NCBI GenBank assembly: GCA_965370645.1
Contig: CBDUVK010000001.1
Coordinates: forward strand, 1-41,381
Direction: 5' to 3'
DNA from: an uncultured bacterium
GTDB taxonomy: Bacteria > Calditrichota > Calditrichia > RBG-13-44-9
Length of the DNA: 41,381 nucleotides
In this document: positions 1 to 9,634 of the stretch, one piece after another
How the letters are laid out: each line of letters opens with the position of its first letter
Numbering within the stretch: the stretch's first letter is position 1
Made by a program: the position numbers and the translations under genes
Notes under the pieces: generated by a model
Told to the model about the DNA's origin: nothing
The model's database searches: none
What the model saw: only the letters and a program-made list of their open reading frames with translations

Positions 1-245
1 ATGGTTACTGAAATTATGTTCCTCTTAGACTTCACACCCTATTTTAGCAACTATACCGCAAAACTTTATAAATGAGAAAATAGTCCAATTTATTCGGATG
101 AAATTTCAAATGTCAGTAATGTTATGCATTAAATCCTATGTTTGAAGTGAGAAATGTTAGTTACTTATATTTACCTGGATTGAAAGTGTGTTGTGTAAAA
201 TAAATATGATGTTTGAAACTTAATAATGTGGGGAAAAGAAAGTGA

Positions 246-1637
246 TCAGATAGAATATGTTCCTTCTATTAAAGTCCCGGCTGGGATAACAAACTGTCTT
301 TCGGTCTGGTTGATGATCTCAACTTCTCCCTTTAACTGAATATTCTCTGAAAATTTAACATCTCCACGTATCAGCAGACGCAGACACCCTTGTAATGACG
401 GGATACCATATGGGAACCGGGATTCGAAATCATCTATCATTTTATAGTGACTGCTATCAAGATCTATTTTAATGGCGTTCTTTTGCTGGGATGATATGGG
501 TAAAATATTGAAATTGTCAGTTAAAGAGTAACGGTCTGAACGAACTGCCATAAGGTCGTTGCTGTTTTTTACCGGGGCGAATCGGGTGCGGGGAACCCGG
601 ATAGCAGCAGAATTCCTGAAAACAGAGATGGCAGAACCCGCTGCGGTTTCAATCTGGTAAACAGGAGTTGATTCCGGATGACGGGGATCAACCGTTTTTT
701 GGTTTAGAATCATGGGCAAGTCCAGAATAAAATCCAGCTGCTTCAATAAGTCCAACAGTGCGTTCAAGTCAATCCATAAATTGTTGGTATTGAAGTAGCG
801 ATAACGCTCGATATCCTGGAAAGCCTCCTGATCCTCAACCGGGCACTGGGCAATTTCCCGCAAAATGAGTTGGCCGTGAGGTAATTTGGCCAGGTGTCCG
901 CCCTTTTTATCGGCTTCAGTTCTGTCTGCCACTTCTACCATAAATGGGAATTTATTTTCTATGAAATATCCCAGAATCCTGGAATCTAAAACGGCTCCTA
1001 AATTGTCTGCATTGGATATAAAAGCATACTGATACCCGGAATTCAATAACTGCTCTAAAATTCCGCTACTGTAGAGGGCAATATATACATCCCCATGCCC
1101 GGGGGGACACCATTCCAATTTCGGGTTTTGAGGCCAATCGATTGGGGACAAATCTTGCTGGTGAACCTTGGGTACTTTGTGTTGCAGAAAGTCCAGAGAG
1201 ATGTCTCCCTGCAGCTCCGAATATTTTTTAAGATAATCCAGCGAATCCTGATGGGTAGAAAAACTGTTCATCAATAGAAGCCTGAACCCACTTTGGATAG
1301 CTTGTTGAGCGATGATATCCAGGAAAGTATAGCCCTGCTTGACGACTAACAAAGATTTGGCCTGCTCCAATCCCATGCTGGTTCCCAGGCCACCGTTCAA
1401 TTTCAGAGAAACAGATCTGGATAAATTGGCTTTTCCTATTACCCGATAATTCTCCCCCAGACCTTCCGCGTCCGCCAGAGATTCCAACGGTTGAATATCC
1501 GATTCAGCAACAAGTCCGGTTTCTCCCTGAACCAATCTGCCGAATTGTGACCGGAAATTTTTAATTGAAATTTCAGGTAAACCTTCTTTTTTCATTCTTT
1601 CGAAAAATGGTTCAAATTCTTTGCTCATTTTTTGCAT
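246..1637 (-). CDS. UTP--hexose-1-phosphate uridylyltransferase, eukaryote-type UDPGP family (UDP-glucose/UDP-sugar pyrophosphorylase)
   Basis: ORF 246..1757 trimmed to the ATG at 1637 (MQKMSKEF...). The 40 upstream codons run into the end of the preceding gene and look non-coding. Family motifs in the translation: LKLNGGLGTSMG, NSFSTH, PPGHGD, ISNADNLGA. Confidence 0.8.
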   Translation of the reverse strand: MQKMSKEFEPFFERMKKEGLPEISIKNFRSQFGRLVQGETGLVAESDIQPLESLADAEGLGENYRVIGKANLSRSVSLKLNGGLGTSMGLEQAKSLLVVKQGYTFLDIIAQQAIQSGFRLLLMNSFSTHQDSLDYLKKYSELQGDISLDFLQHKVPKVHQQDLSPIDWPQNPKLEWCPPGHGDVYIALYSSGILEQLLNSGYQYAFISNADNLGAVLDSRILGYFIENKFPFMVEVADRTEADKKGGHLAKLPHGQLILREIAQCPVEDQEAFQDIERYRYFNTNNLWIDLNALLDLLKQLDFILDLPMILNQKTVDPRHPESTPVYQIETAAGSAISVFRNSAAIRVPRTRFAPVKNSNDLMAVRSDRYSLTDNFNILPISSQQKNAIKIDLDSSHYKMIDDFESRFPYGIPSLQGCLRLLIRGDVKFSENIQLKGEVEIINQTERQFVIPAGTLIEGTYSI

Positions 1638-1731
1638 TAAGGCTCTCCGGTAAAAGATCTGTTCAGTTTGAAAAGTTATAAAGGAAGGGGGAGCATTACA
1701 ATACAGGATTTTGAAAATTGTATATAAGGCA

Positions 1732-2751
1732 TTATGATAGAAATTCGGCTGCAACATCTTCAGGGGATTTATCGATCATGGCCTCCTGATGAAATTTTTC
1801 GAAGAAAGTTTCGTCATTACGGTAGAAATCTTGAAAAACCGGACGGGTGCACATTTTGAGGAGGCAGGGTATAGACTTTCCTGAAGTTACAGGCCCTGAA
1901 AAAATGGTTAAATTAAAACTGTTGTGCTGGATCCGATGGTAGAAGCCGAGAATTTTCTCAATAATTTGGGAGATGTCTACTAATATATCTTCACCAAACT
2001 CCATGTATGTCTGGCCGCTGCCTATGATGGCATTTATTTCATTAAATCCCTGCGGGGCAAAGGGTGTAAACACAAAGGAAAATTCAGATTCGAATAAAAA
2101 TCTCGGGCCATCTCTTTCAGTTTCTTTCAAAAGAGTCCAGTAATCATTTCCGTTATCCTTGAGAAACCTGTCGCTGTCCTCCAGGAGTTGGCGATGAAAA
2201 TTAGTGGGAAATGGATCGAGGAAAGGTTGTAGATGAGGATGAAGAATACTGCTTCCGGCAGGAAGTAAATAATTACCATTGATGGACGGATATAAAGTCT
2301 GCTTATCATGTGCTGCACATTTTTGAAAGTATATCTGACAGGCTTTCAGGGCATTCATGATCTGTGTCTGAGTAAATCCGTCAATGGAAATGAAATGTTC
2401 TTTTGAAAAGATACAAACACCACTGTAACGCCCAAATCCCGAGAGATTGGGAAATAGGAGCGCTTCCCCGACAACTATCCGACCTGCGGAATCGATCTCT
2501 TCCGGCATCATCGGTGTCTGGCTTTCAACCCGCCCTTCACAAAAAAAGCAGGATTCAGCATTCCGGATATACTCATTCAGCGGTTGCTCATCCGGGGTTT
2601 TATCCAATCCCTTCTCTTTTGCAATACGACAGGTATAGTTCAATAAAGGATCCCAGCGGATTTCTATCTCTTCCTCAGATAGTTCAAAATTTTTTAATGG
2701 ATTGCGAATCTTTGCGGTTACGATTTCTTTTTTAAATAAGGAATTTACCAT
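1732..2751 (-). CDS. Galactose-1-phosphate uridylyltransferase-like HIT-superfamily nucleotidyltransferase
   Basis: ORF 1732..2793. Cys-rich CFFCEG motif followed by the SSILHPHLQPF (HxHxQ) active-site motif typical of GalT-type HIT enzymes. The track start at 2793 is TTG; the first ATG is at 2751 (MVNSLF...), used here. The start is uncertain. Confidence 0.65.
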   Translation of the reverse strand: MVNSLFKKEIVTAKIRNPLKNFELSEEEIEIRWDPLLNYTCRIAKEKGLDKTPDEQPLNEYIRNAESCFFCEGRVESQTPMMPEEIDSAGRIVVGEALLFPNLSGFGRYSGVCIFSKEHFISIDGFTQTQIMNALKACQIYFQKCAAHDKQTLYPSINGNYLLPAGSSILHPHLQPFLDPFPTNFHRQLLEDSDRFLKDNGNDYWTLLKETERDGPRFLFESEFSFVFTPFAPQGFNEINAIIGSGQTYMEFGEDILVDISQIIEKILGFYHRIQHNSFNLTIFSGPVTSGKSIPCLLKMCTRPVFQDFYRNDETFFEKFHQEAMIDKSPEDVAAEFLS

Positions 2752-2818
2752 ATTATTTTTCACACCAGAATAATGGTTTCTTAATCGGGTCAATTGTGCA
2801 TGTTAGGTTTTTTATATT

Positions 2819-3832
2819 TTATGGGTGTTTTTCTTTGACTTTACCGATCTGAAAAAAATCATATTGAAATTTATTGGCATAACTCAATAGCTCAGAAACA
2901 TATTTCTTTTCCAGAATCAGAACCAGCCCGATACCCATATTGAAAGTCTGGCGCATATCATCTTGCGGCACATTCCCCAATTTCTGAATTAAATTAAATA
3001 TGGGTAGTACCGGCCAGCTCTGCCAGTCGAATTGAGGTTCCAATCCATCTGGAATTACCCGAATAGTATTCTTAAAAAGACCGCCTCCGGTTACATGAGC
3101 TATACCTTTTACCGGAAATTTTTGAGTCAGATCTTTTATAGGAGGGTAATAGTTCGGATGGATTTTGAGCAGTTCATTGCCTACCGTATTTCCCAACTCT
3201 TCCACAAAATCATTAGGTTTATACTCTGAAAAGAGTACTTTTCTGGCCAGGGAATATCCATTGGTGTGTAGTCCATTGGCAGAGACACCGATCAGGCTGT
3301 TCCCTTCCTGTATGTCGTAACCGTCCAATATGTGATCCTTCTCCACAATACCTACAATCGTACCAGCCAGATCATACTCTCCCGGATTATATAAATCCGG
3401 CATTTCTGCTGTTTCACCCCCGATGAGAGGTACTCCGGCTGCCTCACAGGCAGTAACGAATCCGGTAATGATCTGTTCGAAAACGGACGACGCCAGTTTC
3501 CCGCACCCAAAGTAATCCAGAAAAAAGAGGGGGTGCGCCCCGCATACTGCAATATCATTGATACAATGATTAACCAGATCCTGTCCCACTGTATCATGTT
3601 TGTTCATCATCATGGCCACCAGCAATTTTGTTCCCACCCCATCCGTGCTGGAGATTAGTACTGGTTTGTTATACTGGTTGAGGGGTCGTTCATAAAATCC
3701 TCCAAAGGCACCGATATTTTTTAATACCTGGTTATTATGGGTTCTGGCAATGGCGTTCTTTAGATTGCTGATAGATTTTTCGGCCCGCTCAATGTCCACG
3801 CCGGCGTCACGATAAGTAATCGGTTTTTTCAT
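2819..3832 (-). CDS. purM: Phosphoribosylformylglycinamidine cyclo-ligase (AIR synthetase)
   Basis: 337 aa with N-terminal ITYRDAGVDI, then STDGVGTKL and GGETAEMP motifs. Length and layout are typical of PurM. Confidence 0.92.
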   Translation of the reverse strand: MKKPITYRDAGVDIERAEKSISNLKNAIARTHNNQVLKNIGAFGGFYERPLNQYNKPVLISSTDGVGTKLLVAMMMNKHDTVGQDLVNHCINDIAVCGAHPLFFLDYFGCGKLASSVFEQIITGFVTACEAAGVPLIGGETAEMPDLYNPGEYDLAGTIVGIVEKDHILDGYDIQEGNSLIGVSANGLHTNGYSLARKVLFSEYKPNDFVEELGNTVGNELLKIHPNYYPPIKDLTQKFPVKGIAHVTGGGLFKNTIRVIPDGLEPQFDWQSWPVLPIFNLIQKLGNVPQDDMRQTFNMGIGLVLILEKKYVSELLSYANKFQYDFFQIGKVKEKHP

Positions 3833-3880
3833 ATTATGCCTGTATTATTTTCTTGTAAGTTCAGAAAATAGGATCTCTCC

Positions 3881-4423
3881 CTATTCGAGAGTGTTCCAAT
3901 CTCTGAGCTGCATCAGGTATTTTTCCCGCGTCGCTTTAAAAAACTCAATAATAGAAGGTTGTTGATAGTCGGGATAGGTCCAATCATTGATCTGAAATTC
4001 ACCATGGCGGAATCGATAGTGTATATCTCCAAATATTCCCCTGTTCAGATAGATTCGATGATCATAGTCTTTGGTGGTGGCCAAGATAATTTTCGCTGCA
4101 CATACATATCCCGGGTCGATGTTAATCTGACGCCCGGCATTTTTTAAATATCTCGATTCAAACTGATTGGTTGCTATTTTGAGGTCCGGCAAAATTTCTG
4201 CAGGTTTGAGTTCCTGAAATGTTATAAATATTTTTTTCAGATCGGTTCCCATTTCCGTTTTATAATATGAGGTAAATTTACTGAATGGAAAGACAGGCGA
4301 ACTGTTATCTATAACAGAAATTAGTTCCTGCAGTAAGTTCCTGATTTCCTCAAGAATATCTTCAGAGGTGAAGGCGATTGCTGCAAAATATTTGACCGGC
4401 GGATAATTTTTAATCTGACCCAT
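3881..4423 (-). CDS. Conserved hypothetical protein, probably DUF4416 family
   Basis: 180-aa ORF with no catalytic motif I recognise. Size and the N-terminal PVKYF..I.F pattern recall DUF4416, from memory only. Its ATG directly abuts the TAA of the upstream acyl-CoA synthetase (TAAATG). Confidence 0.6.
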   Translation of the reverse strand: MGQIKNYPPVKYFAAIAFTSEDILEEIRNLLQELISVIDNSSPVFPFSKFTSYYKTEMGTDLKKIFITFQELKPAEILPDLKIATNQFESRYLKNAGRQINIDPGYVCAAKIILATTKDYDHRIYLNRGIFGDIHYRFRHGEFQINDWTYPDYQQPSIIEFFKATREKYLMQLRDWNTLE

Positions 4424-6232
4424 TTATGATTCGGACGCGTTTCCCTCCTCAGAATACATCTTTTCAATCTTGGCGAAATACTTTTGTTCAACCACGTTTC
4501 GCTTGATTTTGAGGGTAGGGGTCAATTCTCCGCTTTCAATAGTAAAAGGCTCGTGAAGCAGGGTAAATTTCTTAATGGTTTCGTAACTGGCCAGATCAAC
4601 TGATAGTCTGTCAATCTCTTTTCGGAACAGTTCAATAACGGCAGCATGTTCAATCAGATCTTTTTCATTCTCATAGTCGAGAGACTGTTTTTTTGCAAAA
4701 GTCTTTAGACCATCCGGATTTATTACGATAAAAGCGGTGCAATATTTTCTTTTATCACCGAGAACTAATGCCTGTTCGATATATTTTGAGGTTATTAAAA
4801 GGTTTTCAATTGGTTGCGGTGCAATATTTTTACCACCGGATGTGACAATGATATTTTTCTTTCTATCTGTAATATAGAGGAAACCATCTTTATCTAAGTA
4901 GCCAATATCTCCGGTGTGAAGCCAGTTGTCCTTATCAATCGTTTCCCTTGTTTCTTCTTCATTTTTATAATAACCCTTCATAACATGAGAACCGCGGGTC
5001 AAGATTTCTCCATCTTCAGCAATGGCTACTTCTACATTCAGTAGGGGCTGACCCGGAGTTCCAAATTTAAAATTATTTTCGCGATTCACGGTGATTACCG
5101 GTGATGTCTCAGTCAGTCCATACCCCTCCAGAAGACGTAAACCCGCAGCATTAAAAAATTCGGCTATTTCCCGGCCCAACGGTGCACCTCCTGAGGCAAA
5201 CAGACGAATATTACCTCCCACTCTTTCGCGTAATTTTGAATAAACTAATTTATTAGCCAACTTGTATTTTGATTTGAGCATTCCTTTCAGGGGTAAGCCT
5301 TTCTGGTGATATAGATTGGATTTTTTACCTACTTCAATTGCCCACAGGAATATTTTTTTCTTCAGAGCCGGGCCTTCTTCCAGCGAATCGAGTATTCGTG
5401 CATAGACTTTTTCGAAAAACCTTGGTACACTGGCCATTACGGTTGGATGAACTTCCTGCAGATTTTGTGCGACGGTTTCGATGTTTTCGGCATAGGCGAT
5501 GGTGCATCCGCAATAAGTGGCTAGAAAGTGACCTGCCATTCGCTCGAATACATGAGAAAGAGGCAGAAAGGATAGAAAAACATCACTCTCCCGGATCTGT
5601 AGAGCATCCAGACCCCCTTCAATATTTGAAAGAAAATTTCCATGAGAAAGCATGACCCCTTTTGGGACACCTGTTGTACCGGAGGTATATATGATACTGG
5701 CAAGATCATCAGGAGTAATGGTTTTCAGTCTCTGCTCAAACATTTCCGGATTTTTCTCAAGACTGGATTTCCCTTTTTCCATTATATCCGACCAGCTCAG
5801 AAGGTCATCACCGGTGGTGCCTTCCATCAGGATAATATGTTCAATCTGTGGAAGGTTTTTCCTGATCTCCATAATTTTTTTTAACTGAACTTCCTGTGAA
5901 ACGATAATGATTTTGCCTTCGGAATTATTAATGATGAATTCGATATGTTTGGGGAGCAAGGTAGGATAGATTGGGACGGTGACGCTGCCACAGGAAAGAA
6001 TTGCAAAATCAGAGATGGCCCATTCCAGCCGATTTTCAGATAACAATAATATTTTGTCGTCTTTTTTTGCTCCTAATCCTTCTAAGGCAGCTGCCAGATA
6101 TTTTACTTGCGTTTGAACTTCCCGATAGGTGATTGATTCATAGTTTCCTTCTTTTTTAGACATATAGGCGGCCTTATCCGGATATTTCTCGCAAATCGTT
6201 TGAAACATTAAACCCAGATTTTCATATGCCAT
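4424..6232 (-). CDS. Long-chain-fatty-acid--CoA ligase (AMP-dependent synthetase/ligase)
   Basis: AMP-binding motifs YTSGTTGVPKGV, GYGLTET and TGDIGYLDKDGFLYITDRKK. The track start at 6247 is moved to the ATG at 6232 (MAYENLG...), because GGAGG (6244..6240 on the minus strand) lies 8 nt upstream of it. Confidence 0.88.
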   Translation of the reverse strand: MAYENLGLMFQTICEKYPDKAAYMSKKEGNYESITYREVQTQVKYLAAALEGLGAKKDDKILLLSENRLEWAISDFAILSCGSVTVPIYPTLLPKHIEFIINNSEGKIIIVSQEVQLKKIMEIRKNLPQIEHIILMEGTTGDDLLSWSDIMEKGKSSLEKNPEMFEQRLKTITPDDLASIIYTSGTTGVPKGVMLSHGNFLSNIEGGLDALQIRESDVFLSFLPLSHVFERMAGHFLATYCGCTIAYAENIETVAQNLQEVHPTVMASVPRFFEKVYARILDSLEEGPALKKKIFLWAIEVGKKSNLYHQKGLPLKGMLKSKYKLANKLVYSKLRERVGGNIRLFASGGAPLGREIAEFFNAAGLRLLEGYGLTETSPVITVNRENNFKFGTPGQPLLNVEVAIAEDGEILTRGSHVMKGYYKNEEETRETIDKDNWLHTGDIGYLDKDGFLYITDRKKNIIVTSGGKNIAPQPIENLLITSKYIEQALVLGDKRKYCTAFIVINPDGLKTFAKKQSLDYENEKDLIEHAAVIELFRKEIDRLSVDLASYETIKKFTLLHEPFTIESGELTPTLKIKRNVVEQKYFAKIEKMYSEEGNASES

Positions 6233-6263
6233 AATGATTTCCTCCATCGAATTGTGATCTAAG

Positions 6264-6293
6264 AATATAGTTAAAAAGATATTATGGTGTCAA
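6264..6293 (-). promoter_or_regulatory. Putative sigma70-type promoter for the acyl-CoA synthetase operon
   Basis: The minus strand reads TTGACA (6293..6288), an 18-nt spacer, then TATATT (6269..6264). This is followed by the GGAGG SD and the ATG at 6232. Sequence pattern only. Confidence 0.4.
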
Positions 6294-6631
6294 TAACTAA
6301 CATGTCTAATCTTCCGGGCCAGAAATTCCTATCCTATCCTGATAATTTTCATATTTGATATTCTTAATTTTTTTATCCCTGGGTGCGATAATATAAGTAT
6401 TTCCATGAAACTTAATACGATTTTGTTATTTTACGCTTCAAAGATGCTGATAAATTGAATTGGTTGTTAATGGTTAGATGTATAAATAACAGCTGTCAAC
6501 TTAAGAATTTTAAGGGAATTATATGCAATACCTTAAGAAGGTTATTTGAGAATCATCAATTAAAATAAAATTTTTGTGAGCCTATTTTTTATTTATATTT
6601 AGGCGCGAAAGAAACTGGTTGGAAAAAAAGC

Positions 6632-9061
6632 ATGAAAAAAATTTCTGAATTTCTGGCAGAATTAAGGGAAAATCTGAAAAATAGAAAAATTTTAGGACAG
6701 GATTTACTGAATCTGACTGCCAAAGCGAGTATGGCACTGATCCTGATCATTTTTATTGTTAATATGATGCCCAGCGAACGGCCCTTTGAGTATGGAAATT
6801 TAACGGTCGGTAGTATTGCTCAGGAGGAGATTATTGCCCCTTTTACATTTCCAATTATTAAATCTGACCGGGTTTTGGAGGATGAGAGGCGAGAGGCCTG
6901 GTTAAGTGTACCGCTGGTTTTTAACACCGATCAGCAACCCAAAAACATTGAGGTGATAAAACTTTCCAGTATGCTGGAGGAAGTTTCAAGCTTTTTTCAG
7001 GAGGTGACGAATCAAAATAAGCGGAAGGGAAAAAATGATAACCTTCCAGTAGAGGCATATTTTACGGACAGCCTTCTGGCACGGCTTTCAGTGAAGTATA
7101 ATATTGAATTAGATACCGATAACTTAATTCTACTTCTTAAAGTTTATCAGGAAGGTAAGTTTGCATTTTTCAGTAAAAAACTGCTCGATGGTTTATCCGC
7201 CATCTATCAGAGGGGCATCATTGATGTCTTGAAGGGAGATTTGGAAGAGAAAAGGATCATTATTGTCCAGGATGGGCTTGAAGAAGAAATCGAGCTATCT
7301 CAAATCATGGATATGGTTGAAGCCCGGAATGGACTTGAAGATTACCTGAAATCTGAATATCCGGGGGGCGGTTCGGAATATCAGATGTCGGATATCCTGG
7401 GAAATTCTTTTTTGGTTCCGAATCTCACTGAGGATCTGGCTATGACCAGAAGTCGAAAGGATAAAGCGGTTAGGGGTGTTCCTACCACTAGCGGATTTGT
7501 GCATGAGAATCAACGGATTGTTGATAGTCATGAAATTGTAACTGATGATGTTTATCAAAAATTACAGTCGCTGGCCACTGCTCTTGCGGAGCGGGGCAGC
7601 AGCAGAACCGGATGGTATCGCTTATTGTTTTTGATCGGCAAATATATAATTGCTATCATCATGACTCTTATCATGGCTTTCTATCTTTTTTATTATCGTC
7701 CACTCATATTTGCTAAAAATAAGATGCTGCTCCTTATTACCTCGGTATTCATCTTTCAATTTTTAACCGTTATACTGGTACAGGACGTTTTGCATTGGAA
7801 TTATTTAAGTATTCCTGTTACCCTGCTCCCAATGTTAATATCCATGTTGTTGGACGCTTCAGTGGCTTTCATGGGGACTGTGGTGCTGAGCCTCATCTTA
7901 GGAGCTGTTGGAGGTAACAATTTTTACCTGGCTTTGATGACATTTGTTGTTGGAACCATTGCATTATATTCGGTGCAGAAGATCCGAAATCGTGGTCAAA
8001 TGTTCCGGGCCATATTCTATATTCTTCTGGGCTATGCAGCTATTAATTTTAGTTATGGATTTATTCACTATGAATCGTTCAATAAAATGCTGCAAAATTT
8101 TGCTTATTACCAGATCCCCAATGCGATCTTGGTACCAACCGCTGTATTTCTTTTGATTGGTGTATTCGAGAAATTCTTCGATGTGACAACTGATATTACC
8201 CTGTTGGAGTTGTCGGATCTTAATCATCCTTTATTAAAACGTCTTTCAGTAGAAGCACCGGGGACTTTCCATCACAGCATAATAGTAGGCAATCTGGCAG
8301 AGGCTGCCGCAAAGGAGATCGGGGCAAATTCCTTATTAGCCCGGGTTGGCTGTTACTATCATGATATTGGTAAAATGCTGTTGTCTGAATATTTTGTTGA
8401 AAATCAATCTAATAGTGTAAGCAAGCATGAAAGCCTCACTCCAAGCATGAGTTCCCTGATTCTGGCTAAGCACGTACGCGCGGGTATAGAGCTTGCCGAT
8501 GATTCGAATTTGCCTTTGGCTGTTAAAAAATTTATCCCGGAACATCACGGGACCAGTATTATGTCCTACTTTTATCATAAGGCCAAGGAAAGTAAAGATC
8601 CTAAAGATCTGAACGAGAATGATTTCAGGTATCCTGGTCCGAAGCCACAATCCAAAGAAACCGCCATAGCGATGCTGTCCGATACTGTCGAAGCGGCCTC
8701 GCGCACTCTCCCCAATCCAAATCTGCAGCGCATCAGCACTCTGGTGGAAGATCTCATCGAAAAAAGGTTTCAAGAGGGGGAACTGGATGAATGTGATATT
8801 ACACTGCGGGAATTAAATAAAATTAAAGGGGCTTTTATTCGGGTTTTGATGGGGGTACATCACGTTAGAATTGAGTATCCCAGCGAAGAAAAGAATAAAG
8901 AGGGTGAAGGAAATACTGTAGCTGAAGATAGAAATATCCCGGAATCTGACATAGCAAATAGTGAAAAGGACAGTAAGAATAAGAAGCTCGATTCAGCACC
9001 AAATGACCAGAAAATCGAATCATCCAGTCAGCAAACGAATGAAGATTCAAAAGAAGATTAA
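6632..9061 (+). CDS. pgpH: 7TM-receptor-type membrane protein with intracellular HD phosphohydrolase domain (PgpH/YqfF-like, candidate c-di-AMP phosphodiesterase)
   Basis: 809 aa. It has an N-terminal extracytoplasmic region, a block of about 7 hydrophobic helices (aa ~330-520) and an HD domain (HHSIIVGNLAEAAA...YYHDIGK...EHHG). It sits immediately upstream of ybeY, as yqfF does in Firmicutes. The C-terminal tail is low-complexity and rich in Ser, Lys and Glu. Confidence 0.8.
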   Translation: MKKISEFLAELRENLKNRKILGQDLLNLTAKASMALILIIFIVNMMPSERPFEYGNLTVGSIAQEEIIAPFTFPIIKSDRVLEDERREAWLSVPLVFNTDQQPKNIEVIKLSSMLEEVSSFFQEVTNQNKRKGKNDNLPVEAYFTDSLLARLSVKYNIELDTDNLILLLKVYQEGKFAFFSKKLLDGLSAIYQRGIIDVLKGDLEEKRIIIVQDGLEEEIELSQIMDMVEARNGLEDYLKSEYPGGGSEYQMSDILGNSFLVPNLTEDLAMTRSRKDKAVRGVPTTSGFVHENQRIVDSHEIVTDDVYQKLQSLATALAERGSSRTGWYRLLFLIGKYIIAIIMTLIMAFYLFYYRPLIFAKNKMLLLITSVFIFQFLTVILVQDVLHWNYLSIPVTLLPMLISMLLDASVAFMGTVVLSLILGAVGGNNFYLALMTFVVGTIALYSVQKIRNRGQMFRAIFYILLGYAAINFSYGFIHYESFNKMLQNFAYYQIPNAILVPTAVFLLIGVFEKFFDVTTDITLLELSDLNHPLLKRLSVEAPGTFHHSIIVGNLAEAAAKEIGANSLLARVGCYYHDIGKMLLSEYFVENQSNSVSKHESLTPSMSSLILAKHVRAGIELADDSNLPLAVKKFIPEHHGTSIMSYFYHKAKESKDPKDLNENDFRYPGPKPQSKETAIAMLSDTVEAASRTLPNPNLQRISTLVEDLIEKRFQEGELDECDITLRELNKIKGAFIRVLMGVHHVRIEYPSEEKNKEGEGNTVAEDRNIPESDIANSEKDSKNKKLDSAPNDQKIESSSQQTNEDSKED

Positions 9062-9485
9062 GATCGAGATTACAGATTCACATCCGCAGGATTTGATCTC
9101 TCTGAATTCCTATCGAGATATGATTCATCAAATTATTATGGCAGAAAAAATCCCGGTCACTGCCGTCCATGTAATTGCGGTTGATGATGAATACCTCAGG
9201 TCTCTTCATCGGCAATTTTTAAAGGAGGATACCTATACTGATGTCATGACGTTTCAAATGGAAGAAGAAGATGAGAAAGATGGTGAAATTTACATTAGTG
9301 TGGATCGAGCCTGCCAAAATGCTAAAGAATATCGTGTAGAACTCAGTGAAGAAATTGCGCGTCTGATTATCCACGGATTACTCCATTTAAAAGGATATGA
9401 TGACAAAAATGAATTGAGTAAACGACAAATGCATGATTTGGAAGACCTGTTTCTTACTCAATATTGGAAACCACAGTCGGATTAA
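9039..9485 (+). CDS. ybeY: Endoribonuclease YbeY (rRNA maturation factor)
   Basis: Zinc motif HGLLHLKGYDD and the DVMTF segment. ORF 8961..9485 is trimmed to the ATG at 9039 (MKIQKK...), which overlaps the upstream stop (9059..9061) by 23 nt. The exact start is uncertain. Confidence 0.85.
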   Translation: MKIQKKIKIEITDSHPQDLISLNSYRDMIHQIIMAEKIPVTAVHVIAVDDEYLRSLHRQFLKEDTYTDVMTFQMEEEDEKDGEIYISVDRACQNAKEYRVELSEEIARLIIHGLLHLKGYDDKNELSKRQMHDLEDLFLTQYWKPQSD

Positions 9486-9634
9486 ATAAGGAATATAATT
9501 TATATTTTAAATGATTTTGATGCTGGTAATCATTACGATATTTTCTATGTAAAATTGATGGATTTATGAGTTAGATGCATATATATTGTTCAAGTAAATT
9601 GAAGTTTAATAAATTGGGAGTTTGTTTCTAAAAA

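Noticed and set aside
1-75. Frame +1 is open from the window edge to TGA at 73-75 (MVTEIMFLLDFTPYFSNYTAKLYK*), possibly the 3' end of an upstream gene
   Set aside because: Only 24 codons are visible, with no recognisable motif. It cannot be supported as a feature.
1638-1757. N-terminal 40-codon extension of the UGPase ORF in the track
   Set aside because: The extension overlaps the 3' end of the upstream gene and has an odd composition (MLQPNFYHNALYTIFKILYC...). The family-typical N-terminus begins at the ATG at 1637.
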